Shown: positions 1-14,802, counted from the first letter of the stretch. The stretch is DNA of 64,000 bases from Lama glama (GCA_028534125.1 CM052832.1:21764001-21828000), one strand, 5' to 3'. Notes: a model not told the origin generated them from the letters alone. Program-made: numbers and translations.

Positions 1-2024
1 AGTTTGACGTCAGCACTCTTACCCAGTGGGCTCAGGCCTTCATGATCACGCCAACATTTACTAGGGCCGCTTCAAGCAGAAGAAACTTCAACAGTACAGA
101 AGTTAAGAACGATGAAATGTGTTGCCTACTTTTTCCAGCCTAGATAACGATAACCTTAAGCTAAAAGCAGAAAGGGGAGAAAACAGATCTCTGACACAAG
201 AGGCACTCTCTGCCTCTATACCCCAAAGAAGACAAAAGTCTGGTCATGTGGGTTCCACAGGCTTAAAACGAAAACCAAGCAAACAAAAAGCCAGGATCTG
301 TAAGCCAGGCTCAGGTCTGTGAAAACAGGGGCTGAGAAGTTAGAGACTCCAGGGGAGATGGGACTGGAGCCTGGTGTGAAGACACCGAACCCCACCCCAC
401 AGCGTCCTTTCCCAAGCACCTCCAGCTAATGGGCCTGCCCTCGCCTAACAAAGAAGACAACACGCTTCATTGTGAACATGTATCTGAAATGCAGCCTAAG
501 GGCTAGGAGCAAACAGAGGCAAGACACGGCAGTGACCTTTAAATTCAGGTCCCAGCGCGTGGGTGGAGGCTTCATGCTCTAACAGGTTCAGAAAGAAGGA
601 CCAGGCAAGGTGTCAGACTGTGGTTGCTGCAAATGGAACGGACCTTAGACCACCCTGAAAACCACTCCTCTGAGGCAACCTTCCTCTCAACACCACATCC
701 ACTGTGGGGAGAGCCACCAGAAGCTGCCATTCCCAAATGGAGAGTCCTTCCCACAGGCCATCTCAGCTGTGCCACAGAAGACAAGGAAAAAGGAGGCAGT
801 CTCAGGGGTAAAAACCACTTGCTGTCAAATACACTGACTAAGAAATTAGCTTCCTGCCGGCACAGGGAGTACTCACCATGCCCAGACTACGTAAGAGTGA
901 CCAGTGTGCGTAGTTTTCCACTATGCTCCTTTAAAAATGGGATTTTTTTCCGTGGGAATCATCCCGCTCTTGCTCCAGCATTATAAAAAAGACACAGAGA
1001 AGTTATTCTTTGGCCTTAGGTTGCAAGACCATGAGAGGCTCCAGAAGACCTGAGAAAGAGAACCTGGTCTTGGAACTAGACGAGACTTTGAAATGTCCCA
1101 GTTTGGAGAGGAGGTGAGGCGGTTCAGCTGAAGGGCAAATTTTAGTTTAGAACATGTATAAGAAGAAGTTTGCGAGTGAAAAGGCTGAATTACAGGGCAC
1201 AAACACTGTTAAGATGCCGGCCCTGAAATTATCCCCACTTCCCTTCCTGAAAGAACACCGGTCTCGTTCAGGAATCAACTCTTCCCCCACATCATCCAGA
1301 AAGCTCAAGAGAAACCAGCTCGAGCATCAATCCTAGAGTAGGGCAAGATGAAAGAGAATTCTTTTTTCTTTTTTAATAAATGCTTAGTTTAGGAACTCAG
1401 AACTAAGGCAACCAGCACCTGGCACTCTTACGGAAACTAGAATTAACTCAGAAATGTGCAAGGATAAAATTCCTATCAATAAAATGCACCAAGGCTTTTG
1501 GGAAAATACTGCTTTGCTCTCAAAATACAGCCCCTTCCTTTCTGTGAAGTACAGGTTTGCACTCAAGACCATCTGATCCTGAGGCTAAAAAGCCAGAGGA
1601 AGGTTGCCAAGGAAATCACAGAAAAATGCAAGTGAAGCCACTGGTTTAAGGTGCATCTCTTAACTTTGGGTATGCAAGTCCTTATATTTCATTATCATTG
1701 GTTATTTATGATCTACAGTTGAAATAGATGAATGCAAATATATCCACCAAAATGCGTCGAAGAACCAACTAAATGGTGTTTGCCACAATAATTCTAAACC
1801 TTCCTTAACCTGAACAATTTTCTTTACATTTGAACGATTTCTGGGTGCCAATTTTGAGAAATGCCTTATACTGGGAGATATGAAGTTTACAAGATGGATA
1901 GCCCCTAGCTTCAAACCAGAAACAAATTATGGGTTAGACATAATTCGGCAGACTCTACAAAGATTACTTAGGGAATTTGTTAGGGTTCAGAATTTGGGGT
2001 GTTGCTAAGACTCCAGAATCATAC

Positions 2025-2060
2025 TCACACTCATACACACACACACACACACACACACAC
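2025..2060. repeat. (CA)n microsatellite
   Basis: Direct reading. Confidence 0.95.
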
Positions 2061-3301
2061 GAAGAAGAGTTGGAAAGAACGTCAAAAAGTACATCCTTCT
2101 AGTCCAGTCCTCTCGTTCGGCAAATAAGAAATGGAGACAAAGTGATTCAGCTAACTAATTTGAAAGAAAAAAATGCAGGTTTTCTAAAATGCAGTTTTAT
2201 ACCTCTGTACTGCTTGTTCTTGACCTTTCCTCCTGTCCAAAGACGGTGCTAAGATGTGCCCCAGTCCCATCAACAACAGTGACCCTGAATAGCAGGAACG
2301 GAAAGGTGGCGTCGGGTGGGGAAGCATCACACTCATCCTGGGGCAGACAACTTCTTTTATGGCAGCCTTAGGTTAGATGTTTTTATGGCAGCCTTATGTT
2401 AGATGTCACATGTAATCTTCTTTAGTTTGTTTTAGATTTTTTAATTTGGCCCTAAAATATAGGATTCATTTATTTTAAAAAAAATCTGCAGCACATATTC
2501 TCTGCCTTAGGAAATGAAATATAATCAACAGGATGCTGAATCATAACTCAAATTATCATGCTCAACTTCACATTATCATTGTTAACTGCTACAGGGATAT
2601 AGGACAAAAGATACTGTTGGACTTTTGTCTCTGAGTTTCTTTTATCTGTTTGGAGGAAGTGAAAAGGGAGCCGTATCTCTACTATCAATTTATTTTTGTT
2701 AGCCATCATTCTGAAGTCACGTGAAAAAAAAATCTACCTCCGATAATGTCCTTGGTTGATAACAATCCATCTTAAAGGATAACAAACCTATTGTTAAAAT
2801 ACATTTACATAAGTTCATTAGCATATTCACGGTGAAAATAGTCTATCCAAGTACCTAAAGGTACACAGCAGTTTGTTGATCCACAGTCTCATCCATGAAT
2901 CTGAGAAATCAAAATTATTAATGCCAGTCCACTTCCATGCTCTTGACGCTATTTTTGTGTGTTTTGTTAGCTCCATTTTTTGGCAAGCTTGAAAAACAGT
3001 TCTACTTTTCAGGACTACCTCAACACAAGATTCTACCTAATCCTACAGTCACCTATTTCGATGTTAACTCATATGACTAAAGTCAAAGGACAATGCCTTG
3101 CATTTCATCTTCCCAAGGAAGTCTTGGTGGAATGAGGAAACAAGTGGGTGGCCTAGTAAAACTCATACCTGTAACACAATCTTCACTATATTAAGTGTGT
3201 AGGAATTAAAATGCATCTGTTAAGAACTAAATACTGTAACAGTGGATTACTTTGACTGGTTCTCCAGAAAAAAAGCACATCAAAATACATAAAATTCTAC
3301 A

Positions 3302-3906
3302 GGCAGTGGGAATATAGAGCAGTATAGCCACCACTGAAAACAGCATGCTGGTTCCTAAAAAAATTAAACACAGAAGTACTCTATGATCCAGCAATTCCAC
3401 TTCTGGGTATATATACAAAAGAACTGAAAGCAGAAACTTAAACAAATATCTGTGCACCAGTGTTTATAGCAGTCTCATTGACAATAGTCAAAAGGTGGAA
3501 CAACCTAAACGTCCATCACAGGCGAACACATAAACAAAATGTGGGCCATACATACAACAGACTGTTATTCAGCCTTAAAAAATAAAATTCTCATACATGC
3601 TACACATGGATGAAGCAGAAGGACAAATACTGTATGATTCCACTTATTTGATGCACCGAGAGTAGTCAAGTTCATGAAGACAGAGCGCTGAACGCGGGTT
3701 GCCAGGAGCTTGGGGAGGGGAGGGAGAGTCATTATTTAATGGGCACAGAGCTTCAGGATGGGAGGAGGAACAAGTTCTACAGATGGACAATGGTGATGAC
3801 TGCACAAAAATACAAATGTACTTAACGCCACTCAACTGCCCACTTAAAAATGGTTAAAATGGTTAATTTTATGCTATATACTTTACTATAGTAAAGAGTT
3901 AAAAAA
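3302..3906 (+). mobile_element. L1 (L1MB-like) ORF2 end and 3' UTR fragment
   Basis: TATGATCCAGCAATTCCACTTCTGGGTATATA, GGACAAATACTGTATGATTCCACTTA and CACTTAAAAATGGTTAAAATGG are typical L1M 3' motifs. Confidence 0.88.
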
Positions 3907-4884
3907 ATTGATTAATGACAAACAATGCACCATAAAAGCTTCAAAAACAAAGTAAAATTGCATAGACAATTTCAAGAGTTCACAGATCACCTAAAGATCA
4001 ACCAATGAATCCCAAGTTATAAACTCCTGCAGAATTTCAACACAAACATAATGAAATAGGCACCATAGTACTTTTTTTTATAGAAATTAGCTTTCTGTGA
4101 TCCCTGTAATGACTGCCAACAAAATCCCATGCGTAAATAAAAAATTATTAAGACAGCAGAAATTTTTCCCCTACTCTGAAGTTATCTTTCCCACACTGAA
4201 ATAGAGCAACAGCAATTCCGCATTTGTTGTTTGTGTTTCATCACTGTTTTCAGACAGAACAAGAGATCTGCTGCCTACACACCATTTCTCAGCATCAACA
4301 CCCATTTTCTTATGCAATTTTAAGTTCTGTTGGCAGGTTAAAGACATTTTTTCCAACCACAAACAGAAACTTCTTTTGATACTCTAAGTGAATGTTCAAG
4401 GAAATGTTCCCAATAAAAAAAGACTATTTAAAACAATAATATGGAAATGTATCAACAGTCAAGAAAACTTAAGTGGTAACTCAATGAAAACTCAAGTTTT
4501 AGATATTAGACATATAAGATTTGGTACCCACTTTGTCAAAAATCAGATGTTTTTATGTCTTCAACTAGGAACATAAGCAAATGCTAAAAGTATGCTAAAA
4601 AAGGCAGAACCACATTACCTGGTCTTTCATACAACTCCATGGACAATGTTTCTTTGTTTTTCCTTTTTAATGTTTAAAACACTACTTTGCAATAGCTGAT
4701 AATGAAGTATTTAGCTTCAGCCATTCATTTCTTAAGAGTTACAGATAAAAAAAATGGTTTCCACTGATAAGTTTAGCTTAAAAAAAAATAAGTTCTAGTA
4801 CATACTTTTAATATAACATAAATATAGTTTTGTTAGTTATTAGCAAATCCTTTGTCAAACTAGACAATCACAAAGATGACTGAT

Positions 4885-5135
4885 GGTAGCTAAGACTTAC
4901 ATGCACCTACCCGGCAGCGCCAGGCACTGCTGTAAGCGCTGCACATACATGAAGTTAATCCTGAAAACAACCTGCTGAAGTAAGTGCTGTCATTACTCCC
5001 TATTTTACTGAGGCACAGAAAGACAAAGTGGTTTGACAAATATCACAAACATCACACAACTGGTTAAGTGGCGGAGCTAGTCTATAAGCCCAGACAGTCT
5101 GGCTCCCACATCCATTCTCTTAACCATTACACGTA
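4885..5135 (-). mobile_element. MIR SINE
   Basis: CCAGGCACTG..TAAGCGCT, ACTGAGGCACAGA and CTCTTAACCATTAC match the reverse MIR consensus. Confidence 0.75.
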
Positions 5136-5424
5136 CTACCTGTCATAACATACTGGGGAAATAAAGGTGATTTTGACAATGCTGAACAGGTTTTTCAATA
5201 ACGTAATAGGAAATATTTCAGCTGTCTTTTCATCATTAGTATTGTTTGCATTTGTAAACTACGAGCCACTGTGCTAGACAGTGTCATTCACAGGATTTAA
5301 ACACACTGATGAAGTCTAGAATTTTGGTACTGTCCATGACCAAGGAGGATGAAGTCACAGAGTCTGAGGAGTACTTTAAATATATATACATATTTCCCTA
5401 ACTTTGCAATCAATATACAAGTAT

Positions 5425-5545
5425 GGGGAGTGGGGTACAGCTCAGTGGTAGAGCGCCTGCCTCGCATCCACAAGGTCCTGGGTTCAATTCCCAGGACCTC
5501 CATTAATAAATAAATAAACCTGGTCCCCTTCCCCCGACACAAATA
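5425..5545 (+). mobile_element. tRNA-derived SINE (camelid vic-1-like)
   Basis: GGGGAG..GTACAGCTCAGTGGTAGAGCGC (A box) ... GGTCCTGGGTTCAATTCCC (B box), followed by (TAAA)n tail; homologous to copies at 23497 and 54723. Confidence 0.88.
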
Positions 5546-7087
5546 CACACATACATGCAAGTACAAAAACAACGTTAGCACCAACAGAACTGGGAGTTTA
5601 CTCAACCAAGATATAACTCTATCATAAGCACAGATGACTCACCAAACTTTTATAAACAGACACACAGTTGAAATTTTTTAACATATTAGCTTCCAGATGC
5701 TGAGGTGTATATAGGTAAGTCATCCAAAATAATTAGAGGTTTGGAGGAAGGACATAGCTCATGATAAGTATGACTCACACGTGTCTCACAGAAAAACAAA
5801 AACCACCAGACGTTTATCTCTCAAAAACAAAAGACATGGAGTCTGGCACCAGTCAGCCAAGCAAGAAACACCACGTGCGAGTCAGACACTCCTGTGCCGT
5901 TTAAAAATAAAAAAGGGAGACAGGCATGTGACGAGTGATGACTGCTAAACCTGACCTTCTCTGAAATACACAATTCCACTTATAACTCCTCCCTCTCCAA
6001 AATCAAAACACTTGAAAACAGCAAGTTTCACAAAAGCAGCAAAAGAAAGACAAAAAGGAAATTTTCTAAGTCAGAGGATAAAATATCTTACAATAGGAAA
6101 CAACTATATTTAGGGAGGAAAAAAGTAACAGCTTTTTGTCACACTGACTACTCATTCAGCAGTTTCCCCTCCTCCCTGCATTCACATGGGCTCAGTGAGG
6201 ACAACCACTCTCTCCTCAAGCCAACTAGGCTGAGTCCACCGGGATGGGGGACTGGCTTCCACTTGGAGAAATTCTTACTCAGATCTCCAGTTTCCATCTC
6301 AAAGGAGAAAGGCTGCAGACTGAAGGCGGCTCCATCTACTTACACGTAGATCTTGTTTGAAGAGGACATTAAATAATTACATGTAGCAAGAACACCTCTT
6401 CCAGGACCAAATTCAGGTCCTATCCGGGAATAAAAAGAAAGGAGTTAAGAAAGTAGTTCCTCTGAAATGCAGTGTGATGTAATGGAGTCATCTCCCAGAA
6501 TTTATTTAAAAATCAGAATGGAGAGGAGATAAAAATTTATAAAAATATATACCACAAAAATAGACTGCAGGAGGTCTGGGGGCCTGTGTAGGTAGCCTGC
6601 CCTTATTTGGAATTTGGTAACACTTTCATTAAGTCATAACTAATACTCAACTTAGGTTGGTACCTATGAACTGGGACCATTTAAAAATTATTTCGACTTG
6701 TACAGTCAGCAACAGTTTTTACAGTATTTTCAGTAAATACAGCCTGTCACTAAGGAATATGCTTTCATGTCACAAGTATTGCCAAGAAGAATCAAGTCAT
6801 ACACTTAAAAAGAAGAATCAAGCCATACCCTAAAAGAGCTGTCAGAAAAGCACAGGGTGAGACACAACGTAACATCACTTACAACTAAAGTACCAGAAAA
6901 AGCAACAAAACTTTCTAACACTTACTCTCTATTTCCACAGGAACCTTGTCTTAGACCAGTAACAAATCTTTTCAAAGGAGCAGCAGTTCACATTCCGAGC
7001 AGCTAAGTACGTAGAGCCAGAGCGCCATACTGTTTTCCATAGCGGCTGCACCAATTTAGTCTCAGCAACAAACAAAGCACAAGGGTT

Positions 7088-7146
7088 CCTCCTCCTCCCT
7101 CATCTCCTGCTCCTCCACCACCACCACCACCACCACCATCATCATT
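7088..7146. repeat. (CCT)n/(CCA)n/(TCA)n compound trinucleotide repeat
   Basis: cctcctcct...ccaccaccaccaccaccaccaccatcatcat. Confidence 0.9.
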
Positions 7147-9875
7147 AAAGAAAAGAATGCCTGCCAGGCATAAAAACTTGACTCTAACAAGACTGAATAT
7201 GCTGACGAAACCACGGGCAGCAAAAGAACGTGTGATTGGAGTCAGAAGCCTCCACCTTCCTCTGCCAGCACTACTGCAATCCTTGCTCATGAGGAGCTGT
7301 GAGAGGTGACAATGCCGTCCACACATTTTTAGGCCTAAGGCCTTCTGCTTACTTTCGGAAATTCTGGGGAGCAGAGAGAGAGCAAGCGCAAACCCTGGGA
7401 GGGAATCCATGGCCGCCGCGGCAGGCCACATCCTCGACTTCAGCCCTGTGGAGTCTCCCAGTGGAGGAAGCCGGGCGACTAGGGGCAGGCCAGGTCCATG
7501 AGGCATCTCCTTAAACAGTCAACAAAAATGAGAACTACAAACTTTTGGGATGGTATTTACTGCTACCTTATTTCTATAAGAAAAATCCATTTTTGAAGCA
7601 GAATATAAAGACAAATATTCATATACATTAAATAAATCTTAACACTCTACTTTTTTTTCAAGTGTAGGAAAGAGTCATTTGTTTAGTGGTTAAAGCTTTC
7701 AAAACAGCACAAGATAAATATTTAGATCACCTAGTCACTTTAGGATAATATCCACTTAGTTGGTGTTTTCTGTCACCAAAGGTATGAAGCAAAGTTCACA
7801 TATCAGTTTGACCATCAGGAATACAAGAGAAATGAATACAAAGAGAAATACATTTGCCAACAACAATTAATATTCTGCCACTTCTTCAAAAATTCAAAAT
7901 CATTATATTCACATAGGTTTAAAGTCAGAAGAAACCTACAATGCACACCTACCAGGTTCTCAAAAACTATAATTCTTTTGCCTAGCAAATTAAAAGAGAT
8001 GTCTGCTTATAACCCACCTGAAGCTTTTTTGCATAGCCCAGCAGCCTGTCATCTTCGTCCAACCAGCCACTAGTATATACTCTAGATAAACATTTAAGCA
8101 TACAAAATATTGGAAAATAAAGCAACAGACACATAAATCAAAGTTTTGCAACAATATATGCTAGCTACATGGAAGCAAAAAAGGCAGAAAACACCATTTG
8201 AAAATGGCACTATCAGAAACTGTTTTCTACACCAGATCAAGTGAGTAACCTGTTAACACAATTAACTCTAGTTCAACCAAAGGATTGTTCTACTTTATAA
8301 AGCATAAATCAACCAAGTACTTGCATCATTCATGAATTGAAGAAACACAGACTCCTGTACCAGGTAACACCATGGAGAGGATAAACAGATTTTTAAAACA
8401 TTTTGTAATACCTAAATTATAAACACAAACAGTAATCAAGATGTGTCACGAGAGTATGAACACAGAGCCCCTCTCACTACTGCCTGGGGTACCACATCAT
8501 CTCGCTGTGATTTCACAGCAACAGGGACACTTTTAAAATACAGGTACTACGTTCGCATGGCATAATACATTTGCAAGAATTTTACTATGAGTTCTTAAAT
8601 GTTTACATAATTTTAATGCATCTGTTCTAACAGTCTTTGATTCTGACGAAGTCTTATAAAGTAGAAAGTCCTGAATACGCAATGATGCAGTCGTTCTTTC
8701 TTTATTTTACTTTCAGTGGTTATAATACAGACTTACAATTTTTTTAAGTAATTGATTTCAATTCTAGGAGTTAGAAAAGTAACATCAGCTCAATTTTAAT
8801 GAGAAGAACTTATCACTTTTCTTAAATACAAAACACTCAAACAAAAAAGATAATTGGTTGATAATGGATTGCTATTTATAATACTGACAACCTGATAATG
8901 TTAAAACAATGAGTTTATTGCTCCATAGTATGTGAGTAATGACTGAGGTACAAATATGAGACACGACATTACTATCACAGAACAGTTTAGAGGGGTCAAT
9001 CCAGAAACATTCCTCAACTGAAGAAATAGTGCTAACTCCAGTTTGAGACACATTATCAAAGACCATCATCTAACCCTTGATTGTGACAGTGTTAACATTT
9101 GGCCCCACAAGACCAAACAAGAGATTGTGAAAGCTTTGAAATAAGCCATTATCATAGAAATGACTCACCACTTGGGGGGGGCACCTTTGGGAAAAGCTGA
9201 CACCACAGTATGAACCATAATGTGAATGACTACTTGGTATAGAGTATTGATGGGGAGGGGGAGAGAGGGTGTGAGGCTTGGAAAAGGAAGCTTCTTTGAG
9301 AGCTGGGAACTTCAGGCTACACTCCTGTTCATCCAGTCTGCAGTTATTTTCATAAAGCATTCCCTAACATCAAGCAATTGTTTCACAAAAATCAGATGAT
9401 AAAATTCCTTGTTGATGTAAACCATAAAAACTCTTAATATAATAGTAGCACATCTGTGCTTTCTTGGGCACACTAAGCTGATCAGATGAATGGTGTATCT
9501 GCGTGTTCACTGAGGATGGAGGGCAACTTGTATCATTATTATCCTTCCAACAAGAACTAGACAATTCTTTTTAGATAGATTTCTGAAACACCTAAAGGTC
9601 TCCATATTATTTAATCCAGTAGAATAAAATAAAAGCAGTTTGAGAATGACTTTCTCCAACCTTCTGAGAAATAGAAAACTTGTTTTAAACCTATAATTAC
9701 TATGAGGAGATAGTATATGACTGAGAATTTAAATACTTAAAAAAAACTAACTAAGCAAAATTCCACTTCAACTCTTAAAGGTGGGCTGCCTTATAGAAGA
9801 CTTGAGAGAATATTTATACATATATTCTGTCTCTACACCAGAGCCTGCATGTACATATATTAATAAAAAGAACTA

Positions 9876-10347
9876 CAGATCTTCCTCAACTCACAAGGAT
9901 ACATCCTGATAAACCATCGTAAGTTGAGAATATGGTTAAGTCGAAAATGCATTTATTTAATATACCTAACCTACCAAACCTCATAGCTTAGTCTAACCAA
10001 CCTTAAATGCGCTCAGAACACTTCCATTAGCCCACAGCTGGACAAAATCATCTAATGGAAAGCCTATTTTATAATGAAGTGTCGACTATCTCATGTAATG
10101 CATGGAATTCTGCACTGAAAGTGGGAAACAGAATGACTGTCTGGATACAGAATGGCTGTAAGTGAGCGGGCTGGTGAGCCTCCTGATGGCGTGGCTGACT
10201 GGGAGCCGCTCGCTGCTGCAGCCCAGCATTAAGACAGCGCACAGTTCCCTGAGCCTGGGACAACATCAAAATGCAAAATTGGAAGTACAGTTTCTATTGT
10301 TCAGTATCACTTTCACACTATCTTAAAGCTGACAAATCCTAAGTCTG
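9876..10347 (+). mobile_element. TcMar-Tigger non-autonomous DNA transposon (MER47/Tigger5-like)
   Basis: TA|CAGAT...CTG|TA ends; internal AAGTCGAAAATGCATTTA..ACCTAACCTACCAAAC..ATAGCTTAG..GCTCAGAACACTT..CAAAATCATCTAA matches recalled MER47 consensus. Confidence 0.8.
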
Positions 10348-11251
10348 TAGTGCTACAAGAGAAAGTTTGGAAATTAAGGCCTAAATTATCATTCCAATTT
10401 TACTAATGACTAGTGATACGATTTTATCTCTATGTTTCTAATACTGAAAATGGCTGTAAGACTTCCCTTTCAGTCAGTTTTAAGGAACAAGCAAAAATAA
10501 CATGCAATGTGACACAGCATATTGTACATAATATCCTCGGAGGATCTGGATCCTCCAGAATACTGTATCTACACTAATTAAGATGCAGCGTGTTAAACAA
10601 CCACAACAACAAATACTTAGTTCATCACAGTTAGGAATAGCCATTGACTTTTGAGATACAAAAATTGCAATGGAGACTGATCAGCATTTGTTAAAGAAAG
10701 GCAGAAGGTAACGAGAACGTTAGAGGACATGTGAGGGCCAGGACAAATACCATGAGAAAGGTCCAGGAACAGCTTGTTAATCAAACTAAACAGCAACAAC
10801 AAACCAAAAACAAAACAAAACGAAGTACTCAAGCCACTTTTTTTTTCTTTTTTTTCAGTTTTCTGATGATACAACATGACTAAATTTATTTGCTTTTTTA
10901 TGCTACTTAATTTGGGTTCAAAAACACCACATTCATTCTATTCATATATTTAATGATTTTCAAGAACAGTGTAAGAGAGAACAGTCTCATCTTCTAAAAT
11001 TAACCAGGATATAAGCTCTGAGGAAATTTAATGAGCCCTGCCTCTCTTTCCTATGATGACGCTTTGTTAGGTAACGATGGAAAATTGAGTTTATGGGTAA
11101 ACTGTAAGCATAGTTGGCTGCTAGCAGATCACAAAGCAGATACACTCCAGCACTGATGTTGCCCAGCAGCAGACCCTAAAATTCACTTACAAAAATAAAA
11201 GTATAAAGAAGGCCTTGAAATAAATAGAAGGGAAAATAACAGCAGAATACA

Positions 11252-11594
11252 ATACTGGGTTAAATAGTGTACCCCCAAAATTCATGTGCACCCAAAACCT
11301 GTGATGGTGTTCTTATTTGGAAACAGTCTTTGCAGATATAATCAAGTCAGAATGAGCCCTAATTCAATGACTATGGTCCTTAAAAAACAGGGAAATCTGG
11401 ACACAAACACAGAGGAAAGAAGCCCATGTGAAGATGAACAGAGATTAGAGTTATTACATTTGGAAAGCACATGGCCACGTCAACACCTTGAGTTTGGATT
11501 TCTAGCCTCTGGAAACATGAGAGAATAAATTTCTGTTGTTTTAAGCCACCCAGTTTGTGGTACTTTGTTATGACTGCCCTAAGAGATTGATACA
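11252..11594 (+). mobile_element. MaLR solo LTR (MLT1B/C-like)
   Basis: CCCCCAAAATTCATGT.., GTCTTTGCAGAT, and GAGAGAATAAATTTCTGTTGTTTTAAGCCACCCAGTTTGTGGTACTTTGTTA. Confidence 0.88.
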
Positions 11595-11859
11595 AATATG
11601 TGCATAGAAAATTGATCTCAATTATGTTAAATTAACATGCAATTATATGCATACCACCATAGAAAATGTTACCAAACTGTTAACAAAGGCTATCTCTGGG
11701 TGGTAGACTAGCTGATTTTTATTGTATTATTTGTGCTTCTTCCAAATTTTCTAAACCTTTTTTCAATAAACATGTTTACTTTTAAAATCAGAATAAAAGC
11801 CAATAAAGATGACTCTATAAAGAAGTGTACAGACACTAAACTAATCAGGAAGCAAGGCG

Positions 11860-14400
11860 TCAAGGGAAAAATGCAAAATCAGAAAGAGCAAGAAAGAAAT
11901 CACCATCAAAATAGAGAAAAATTTTAGAAATAAGAGACTACTTTGCACAAACTTCTCTAATGATTTTGAAAATCTGGATAAAATGGATAACTTTGTAGAA
12001 AAATACAATTTCACAAATCTGATCCCAGAAAAGACAAGAAGACAAAAAAACAATTATTAGAGCAAAAACACAGAATCTAAAGTACTCCTTCCACCACTGG
12101 GTCTTTAGAGATCAGATGATACAGGTGCTATACAAACTATTCCTAAAAACAGAAAAACAAGAAAATTATCCAATTCTTTTCTTATTAAATAAACATGACA
12201 ATAATTCAGAAACTTGACAAAGAGTCCAAAAACCAAAATGGCAACCATTCTAAGGAACACTGAAGAAAAAAATGTTAAATAAGACACTGGCAGAAAGACT
12301 TCTGCTTTCCGGCCAAGATGAAGTGACAGGAAATCATATTTATTGGTCTGTAATATATAAGAAAGTAAAATGTAGGCCAACAACTGAATAAAGAAGGAAA
12401 AGAGGATCTAATAGTATATTGCTTTAAGGTTTTAATCTATATCTAAAATGATGTAACTTGGAAGCAAACTGTAGTAAATATAAATACTGTAAACTGTGCA
12501 GAGCAACTACAAAGAAAACGGGACCAAAATAAAGAATTTTAAAATTCACTTTTCATGCCAAAGAAGGCTGGAGAAGAAGACAAAAGGAGTCAAAACACTT
12601 GGGATAAACACAAAACAGCAAAATGGGGGAATTAAATCCAACACACCAATTACCACATTAAATGTTAGTGGTCTAAACATACAAATAAAAAAATGGAGGT
12701 CAGTATTTCCCTGATATAAAAGTTGGAGTTCGAGAAAACTACATACCAACATTTCCCATAAAATAGATCTAAAAATTCTTTGCAAAATTTTAGCAAATTG
12801 AATCCAAAAATGTATAAAATAATAATACATCATAACCAAGTGAGATTTACACCAGTAAAGCAAAGTTGGTTAAACATTCAAAAATCAATTTAATTCAACA
12901 TATTAACAGGCTAAAAAAAGAATAAAAAACATACATATAATCATCTTAATAAATGCAGAAAAAGCAACTGACAAAAGCAAACATCCTTTTGTGATTAAAA
13001 TTCTTAGCAAATTAGGAATAGAAGTAAACTTCCCCAATCACATAAAACCCACAATTAACATCATACTACAAGTTTTTAACAGTTACAAAAAAACTACTAG
13101 ACTGATAAGTAAATTTAGGAAGGTGGTAAGATACATACAAAAATTAATTATACTTATATAAATAGTAATGAACATTTACAAATTGAAATACGTAAAAATA
13201 TCATTTATAATAACATCTCCCAAAAAGAAATACTTAAGAATAAACTTAACAAAACATATGTAAGAACTGTTAACTAAAACTATAAAACAACTTTGACATT
13301 AAAGAATATCTAATTAAAAGGCAAAATTATCCTCAGGGATTAGAAAATTCAATGTTGTAAAGAAGTCAGTTCTCCCCAGAATGATCTATAAATTCAATAT
13401 AATTTGACTGAAAATCATAAAAGAGTTCTTTTTTGGGGTAAAAACTGAAAAAGTGATTCTAAAATTTCTAGAAATGCAAATAATTTACCATAGTATAACT
13501 GATTTTTCATAAGAAGAATAAAATTGGAAGACAAACTAAGTGAATTCAAGCAACACTAAACAAAATACTGTAAAATTGGTGGCAAAGGCGATATATAGGT
13601 CAGTGGAACAGAATAGACAGTCCAGAAACAGAAGCACAAGTTTATTGACAACTGATTATTGACAAAGGTTCAAAGACGTGCAGAAAGGATATTTCCAACA
13701 AATGGTGCTGAAACTATTGTATACTCATATGCAGAAGAATGGTCCTCAACTCTTACCTTACACAACATGCAAAAATTAACCAAAAATGAATACTATACTT
13801 AAATGGAAAACCTAAAACTACAGAATTTCTAGGGGAAAAAAAAAGAAAATGTTAGTGGCCTTGGACTGGACAAATGTCTTAAATATAATAAAAAATACAA
13901 GTTGTATTTTAAAATACGATAAACTGGACTTCATCAAATTCTAAAATTGTTCAGTTCAGCCTTTTCAACTCCTAGATATTTCCCAAGAGGAAATGAAAGC
14001 AACTGTCTATGGAAAGACTCACAGAATAATGGTCAAAGCAGTTTTATTTGACATCAGAAAACAAGTAACTCAGGTATGCATCAGGAGGTGAACAGATAAA
14101 CAAACCTTGTAATATTGTTGGCAACAAAGAAAGGAATTGTCATACACATAACAATATAAATGAATCTAACCATGGAGGCTGTATGAAAGAAGTTAGCAAA
14201 AAGAAGGGACATACTATATGCTTTTATTTATATAAAACTCTAGAAAATACAAAGTAATCTACAGTGACAGAATGCCATCAGTTGTCCATAGACAGGGATG
14301 AAGGGAAAACAGATTTTAAAAGAGCATGAGAAAACTTTTGGGGAGAAATGCTCATTATCATGATTGTGGTGATGGTCTCGTGGGAGTACACATGTTACAT
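11860..14400 (+). mobile_element. Ancient degenerate L1 (L1M) ORF2 to 3' UTR fragments
   Basis: Motifs such as GATAAAATGGATAACTTT, AAATTTTAGCAAATTGAATCCAA, AATGCAGAAAAAGCA, CAGTGGAACAGAATAGA and CAACAAATGGTGCTG; many stops and frameshifts. Confidence 0.85.
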
Positions 14401-14802
14401 TCTTCACTGGCTACACTAGAAAGACCGCTGAGACCAAGTCAAAAAGATCCAGGAGACAACCTGAAGGAGCCCCCATTCACGAACATGCAATGGTTTGAAA
14501 CACATCAAAAATGTTTTTTAAAGAAAATCTTCAATTGAGTAATGTTTCTTGGTTAAAAGTTAAAACCAAAACTTAATGGATACCTTTGGAGAATACTAGG
14601 GAACCAACTCATTTTTCTAATACCAGTAACTAAAGAGGGAAGAATTAGGCATTCATCTTGTCTTTTCTATAGGAATTGTACATCAGGGTAAACAATTAGG
14701 AAAAGTTATTTTCAGAGGAATCCCAAACAAAAGATGAAGAAGCAATATTAGGAGCACTAAAATTTAACAATTTTGCAATGTTTAGTAAAATAATGGATAG
14801 GC

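Noticed and set aside
5425..5505. Possible tRNA-Ala genes (also ~23500 and ~54725)
   Set aside because: They have AT-rich or poly-A tails, TSDs (clear for two copies) and degenerate stems, so they are SINEs rather than tRNA genes.
7003..7506. 167-aa minus-strand ORF with poly-Gly
   Set aside because: The poly-Gly derives from a (CCA)n/(CCT)n microsatellite. No recognisable homology or clear exon boundaries; consistent with a chance ORF in a locally GC-richer patch.
10539..10556. GGAGGATC-TG-GATCCTCC palindrome
   Set aside because: An 8-bp stem is expected by chance in 64 kb.
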